DNA of 11,169 nucleotides from Pseudobacteriovorax sp. (GTDB lineage: Bacteria; Bdellovibrionota_B; Oligoflexia; Oligoflexales; Oligoflexaceae), in NCBI GenBank assembly GCA_050293845.1, contig JBNKNM010000188.1, forward strand, positions 1 to 11,169, written 5' to 3'. Below the pieces are notes generated by a model. That model was given only the letters and a program-made list of their open reading frames with translations, had not been told where the DNA came from and did not search any database. A program made the translations under genes and the position numbers. Each line of letters starts with the position of its first letter. Position 1 is the first letter of the stretch. Below are positions 7,072 through 11,169 of the stretch, piece after piece.

Positions 7072-9357
7072 GTGAGGAATATGCAATTACTGAGATTGCT
7101 GACACTGTTCTTGCTAGCACCCCACCTCCAGGCTCAGGACAAGCCGCTTTATGAACGTTCTATTGAAAATATTATCCATGATTACACGATTATTGGTGAT
7201 TTCAATATCAAACCGGAAATTCGGGATCATTCAAATGAGATATTCTGGCGATATCCCATTAAAATTCCCAAGGTCATGTTTGCCATGGAGTATTTTGATC
7301 TAAATGATCCCAAAGACCGACAAGCTTTCCCTAGGAGCGATGGCGGCGGTAGAGCTCTGGAGCACTTAAATCGTGGCCGCACTTTGTTTTTACAGGGCAA
7401 CATAGATGAAGCTCGTCGGACCTGGTTAGGGGGACGGGCCCGTTATGGAAAAGACTACCCATTCCACCGTCGCAACGACTTTTTTATTGCCAATGCTTTT
7501 TTGGAGTTAGCAAAAACTGAGTTAGTTCAAGCTAATTACAATTATGAACAAAAAGAAGTACGCGGACATTTTGTCAATGCCTCTACTTTCTTTTCTTGGG
7601 CATATGGTATCAAAAAGGATATTCCCGACCCCTTATTGGATCGTTTAGCCCCTAGGGTTTATTATAATCTTGCAAGTATTTACTATCGCTATGAACGTTG
7701 GTCAGCTGTATTTGGAACTCTGACAAATGCCTTGGATTTTTTGCGACAAACAGGACGTAAAGAGTATCGTGCCACATACCGCCGTATGATGGCTGAGCTG
7801 TTTATCCGTAATCGGGACTATCTGAATGCAGCACAAGAACTTGATTTAGCTTTACGACAGGATGCTGACTTGGATAATGCCGGACTTATTTTCGCAAGAA
7901 TAGGCGATATGTACTTTGATCTTAACAACTTCGAACTGGCCGAAGATATGTATGCTATAGCCATACGTATCGATCGGGAAAAAAAACAGGTTAGGCCTTG
8001 GCAATATATTCTACGCGGTGAGTCGTTATTTTGGTTGGGGAAATATTCTTTGGCCCAAAAGATGATGAGCTATGGCCTAGCCATGACATCATCCCCGGAC
8101 GTTAAGCAGAATATAAGCAATGAATTGCAAGCATTAGCCAGTATTAGGATTGCAGACTCGTGGCTGGCTCTAGGAAAAATTAAAAAGGCACGCCTCGCCT
8201 ATTATCAGCATTATCAACAGTTTCCCCATCAAGAAACAGCCCATATAGCCAAATTGCGGGAAGCATGTCTGGAACTACCCTATTACAAGGGTAATAATAT
8301 CTATCATGCCCGTGAGCTTTTAGGACAATTAAAGAAAGATGAAGCTACCATGCCCCCCATTGCTCAAGAATTGATTTGGACTTGTGAACTGGGCTCCTAT
8401 TCCCTTCATGAACGAAATCATGAATTAGTGGAACGGGTTAAATTATTTTATGAACGCTATCCACGATCAGAGTTTTTGAAATCATTAGTTGGTCCTTTGC
8501 GGGAAGTGCAGTCCAAAAAGCTGGATGATTACTTTCAGAAGGGAGATCAATATGGAGCTTTAGATTTCTTTGAAAAAACGCGAAGTTTTTTGTTTCCTAA
8601 GATCAAAGACAAAACACAAAGCGAGTTGTTTGTATCCTATGCTAATGTTTATCAATCCCAAAAAGCTTTTGAGTTCATCGATGCCGTTGAACTTAATGGA
8701 GATATAGACTATATCCGATTAGCCATGGTTTTATCAGAAGTTCAACAGCATGAAGAAAGCCGTATTAGTGCTCAAAACGAACGTTTAGCAAAAGATCTGA
8801 TGGATCGGAAATGGGACATTGCGCCAGACCAACAGGCAAAGCTTTTTATCGATAGAATCATATCATCACCTTATGGAATTCCCCATTTTTCATGGATTTA
8901 TAATTTGGGTAAAAAGTGGGTTGAAGAGGATTTTGGTGCTGCATGCAGTGTTGTTTATCCTGTATTACAAAGATTAAGAAAAGATGACAAACATATTAAT
9001 ACTAAAGCTTTTAAAAGGATTTCTATAAATTTTATCAATCGATATCTAGCTGATATTCTTAAATATGAAACCTATTGTGGGTACTCTGTATTAGAGTTTG
9101 AGCTAGAGCTGTTTAAAGACCAACCAAGTTTTTTAGGGAAAAAATATCTGGAACGCAGCTTTTTACCCGTCAATCAGGTTACAGCTGGACTATTTTATAC
9201 ACTTGGTGAGCTTAATTATGAAAGAAACGAAAAATCGCTAGCGGAGCAACTATGGAAGAAAATCGTTCAGGAAGGAAGTTCTGAATTGTTAGAAGTCAAA
9301 TACGCTAAGTCCCGATTGGATCGCCGACGTACTGAAACAGATAAATTATGGGAATAA
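7072..9357 (+). CDS. Large exported tetratricopeptide-repeat (TPR) protein
   Basis: 761-aa ORF with GTG directly after the flbD stop (alternative ATG at 7081). Signal peptide MQLLRLLTLFLLAPHLQA|QD. TPR-like helical pairs include VYYNLASIYYRYERWSAV, IFARIGDMYFDLNNFELAEDMY, YILRGESLFWLGKYSLA, IRIADSWLALGKIKKARLAY and LFYTLGELNYERNEKSLAEQLW. Confidence 0.85.
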   Translation: MRNMQLLRLLTLFLLAPHLQAQDKPLYERSIENIIHDYTIIGDFNIKPEIRDHSNEIFWRYPIKIPKVMFAMEYFDLNDPKDRQAFPRSDGGGRALEHLNRGRTLFLQGNIDEARRTWLGGRARYGKDYPFHRRNDFFIANAFLELAKTELVQANYNYEQKEVRGHFVNASTFFSWAYGIKKDIPDPLLDRLAPRVYYNLASIYYRYERWSAVFGTLTNALDFLRQTGRKEYRATYRRMMAELFIRNRDYLNAAQELDLALRQDADLDNAGLIFARIGDMYFDLNNFELAEDMYAIAIRIDREKKQVRPWQYILRGESLFWLGKYSLAQKMMSYGLAMTSSPDVKQNISNELQALASIRIADSWLALGKIKKARLAYYQHYQQFPHQETAHIAKLREACLELPYYKGNNIYHARELLGQLKKDEATMPPIAQELIWTCELGSYSLHERNHELVERVKLFYERYPRSEFLKSLVGPLREVQSKKLDDYFQKGDQYGALDFFEKTRSFLFPKIKDKTQSELFVSYANVYQSQKAFEFIDAVELNGDIDYIRLAMVLSEVQQHEESRISAQNERLAKDLMDRKWDIAPDQQAKLFIDRIISSPYGIPHFSWIYNLGKKWVEEDFGAACSVVYPVLQRLRKDDKHINTKAFKRISINFINRYLADILKYETYCGYSVLEFELELFKDQPSFLGKKYLERSFLPVNQVTAGLFYTLGELNYERNEKSLAEQLWKKIVQEGSSELLEVKYAKSRLDRRRTETDKLWE

Positions 9358-9402
9358 TAATTTAATGGGAAATCATGAATATTGTCCATGAATTGACGTT
9401 TA

Positions 9403-9427
9403 AATAATTTTGCATAAATTATTGATT
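9403..9427. promoter_or_regulatory. AT-rich inverted repeat overlapping an IHF-consensus site
   Basis: AATAATTT-tgcat-AAATTATT (9403..9423). The minus strand at 9427..9415 reads AATCAATAATTTA, matching WATCAANNNNTTR. The context is AT-rich, so a chance match is possible. Confidence 0.35.
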
Positions 9428-9441
9428 TACAACAACTTCCA

Positions 9442-9468
9442 TCAAGTTAGCTTGCTTTAAGCCGATGC
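9442..9468 (+). promoter_or_regulatory. Sigma-28 (FliA)-type promoter
   Basis: TCAA (9442..9445), 15 nt, then GCCGATGC (9461..9468), against the consensus TAAA-N15-GCCGATAA. It lies upstream of a chemotaxis gene with an AGAGGA RBS at 9491..9496. Confidence 0.7.
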
Positions 9469-9502
9469 TTATCCTGATAGGTTTTCTATAAGAGGACTTT
9501 CC

Positions 9503-11169
9503 ATGTTTAAATTGCTACGCGATCCAATCTTTATCGGTGGTATTGGGACCATACCTGCTGTACTCATAGGTCTTTCGTCACTTGTAGCCTTTGAAGCTTT
9601 TGTATTGCCACTTTTATCTTCTTGTATGTGGCTACTACTGGTTTATGGTATTTATGCTTCGAGCAAAACTACTGAAGCCTATGATCAAATTTCCCATGAA
9701 GAGGTGGAGCGACTAAAACGGGACATTGAACAGGTACGGGTATCCGAGTCTGGAGAATTGGAAAAAAGAGTTGCGATTATTAGACAAAGCTTAAAAAAAG
9801 ACTACGATGTAGAAAAGGCTTCCTTAGAAGCAAAGGCTAAAGAGCTAGAAATCGATAACAATAATCTTAAGGTACAAGTAAAAGAAAGAAATAATGAATT
9901 GGCGACTATCCGCATCTCCTTGAATGAGCATAAGGAAGAGCTTGCCAATCGAAAGTATGGAGCCTACCAAGGGATAGAACCTCACCTAGAAGTTTCCACT
10001 ATGAAGGAAAGATCACGAGAATTGCAGGCACAACTGTCAGAACAAGACGAACATCTTGCAGCGCAGGAAAAGCTACTGAGGCATATCCTGGATCTCATTC
10101 CACAAGTCCATAAACAGATGACTGCAGTTATAGAACATACAGAAACTTCGGCCATCGAGATCGGAGATAAGGTTCGTTATATATATGAAAAAGCTCAGGA
10201 GCATTTAGCTGAATCAAACGAGATAAATAAGCAATTTTCAGGAAAAAGCAGTACCGATGATAATGAAAGCCTTTCATTGTCAGGAGTCATTTCCGTTGCT
10301 TTGAAATTACTTCAAGACATGACAGATATGCTAGAAGAAAATGGGCGACTGAATTTAGATTACTCACGTTCGATTGAAGCCATTTTAGAAAATACTGCAA
10401 CTATTAATAAAATAACAGAAGATATTCAGTATATTTCTGATCAAACCAATTTACTGGCTCTGAATGCAGCCATTGAGGCTGCTAGAGCTGGTGAACATGG
10501 TCGTGGCTTTAGTGTGGTTGCCGAGGAGGTTCGAAAGTTATCAGATCGTACGAATCAAGCGTCAAACGATATCACTCAAATCGTTGGAAAGGTCAACGAT
10601 TCGGTTGAGGCGATTTCAAAATCTCTGACAGATAATCGGGAGAAAACAGAAAGTAAAAAACAAAGTGTTAACCAGGCCGTGAAATCACTATTGGAAACAG
10701 CCCACGAAGCTACAGAGGTATTTTCCAAGTTGGTTGATTCTTCTGTTGTATCATCGGAAAGTGTGGCTCAAAATATCGACCAGATTATATTAAGCCTGCA
10801 ATTTCAAGATATCACCAGACAAGAAATCGAAGCAGCTATCGTGCCTATCAGGCAGATCTCTTCTCTGGCTGACGAAATGGTAACTAAACTCAGTTTACTA
10901 AGTCATGAAACTATCCGAAAACGCGATGATACAAACGTAACGACCAGTGGTAACTTTACTCAAGATATTAAACCAAACGTACCAAGCGAGATGAAAGCGA
11001 AACTTGATCATCCCCATAGTCCTTCGCAACCACCTCCCTCGGCTAATGAAAGCCCGTCGCAGCAACCCAGGGCACCTGCTGTTAAGCCTGCAAAAATTGG
11101 CGATGTTTTTGAGTTCAATACGCCTGATGAAGAGATGATTTCCGCTAACGAAGCGAAAAACAAGGCAGA
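9503..11169 (+). CDS. Methyl-accepting chemotaxis protein-like, with CheZ-like DxxxQ motif (3' end outside window)
   Basis: My own translation: ATG 9503 is open for at least 555 codons to the window edge. It has two N-terminal hydrophobic segments, a long coiled coil, the MCP signalling tip [34 protein letters not shown] (10442..10543), LQFQDITRQ (10796..10822) and a Pro/Ser-rich tail. Confidence 0.93.
   Translation, partial: MFKLLRDPIFIGGIGTIPAVLIGLSSLVAFEAFVLPLLSSCMWLLLVYGIYASSKTTEAYDQISHEEVERLKRDIEQVRVSESGELEKRVAIIRQSLKKDYDVEKASLEAKAKELEIDNNNLKVQVKERNNELATIRISLNEHKEELANRKYGAYQGIEPHLEVSTMKERSRELQAQLSEQDEHLAAQEKLLRHILDLIPQVHKQMTAVIEHTETSAIEIGDKVRYIYEKAQEHLAESNEINKQFSGKSSTDDNESLSLSGVISVALKLLQDMTDMLEENGRLNLDYSRSIEAILENTATINKITEDIQYISDQTNLLALNAAIEAARAGEHGRGFSVVAEEVRKLSDRTNQASNDITQIVGKVNDSVEAISKSLTDNREKTESKKQSVNQAVKSLLETAHEATEVFSKLVDSSVVSSESVAQNIDQIILSLQFQDITRQEIEAAIVPIRQISSLADEMVTKLSLLSHETIRKRDDTNVTTSGNFTQDIKPNVPSEMKAKLDHPHSPSQPPPSANESPSQQPRAPAVKPAKIGDVFEFNTPDEEMISANEAKNKA

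Noticed and set aside
7072..9357. TPR protein as an anti-phage or toxin gene
   Set aside because: It has a signal peptide, no nuclease, NTPase or TIR motif, and lies in a housekeeping/motility context.
1..11169. CRISPR arrays, tRNA/rRNA, IS elements, prophage genes
   Set aside because: Intergenic gaps are all under 180 bp, no periodic repeats or structural RNA signatures were seen, and no transposase or integrase motifs were found.

Overview
Bacterial chromosomal window of roughly 40% GC. Gene content and protein style suggest a flagellated Bdellovibrionota/Oligoflexia-like or delta-proteobacterial organism (inference only). The left arm is on the minus strand: prfB (release factor 2, with an intact programmed +1 frameshift), then a separately promoted prkA(yeaG)-yeaH(yhbH)-spoVR(ycgB) operon. 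That operon continues into an exported protein with FlgT/CsgG-like features, which the ORF track missed and which runs off the left edge. The right arm is on the plus strand, divergent from prfB: an orphan flbD/swrD gene abutting a 761-aa exported TPR protein, then a chemoreceptor-like gene behind a sigma-28-type promoter. The ORF track also missed this gene, which runs off the right edge. No RNA genes, mobile elements or CRISPR arrays were seen. Best leads: (1) the chemoreceptor looks like an MCP/CheZ-phosphatase chimera with no sensor domain; (2) a possibly leaderless 19-codon Tyr-rich uORF whose stop abuts the prkA ribosome-binding site; (3) the flbD-TPR pair as a candidate flagellar motor accessory module.
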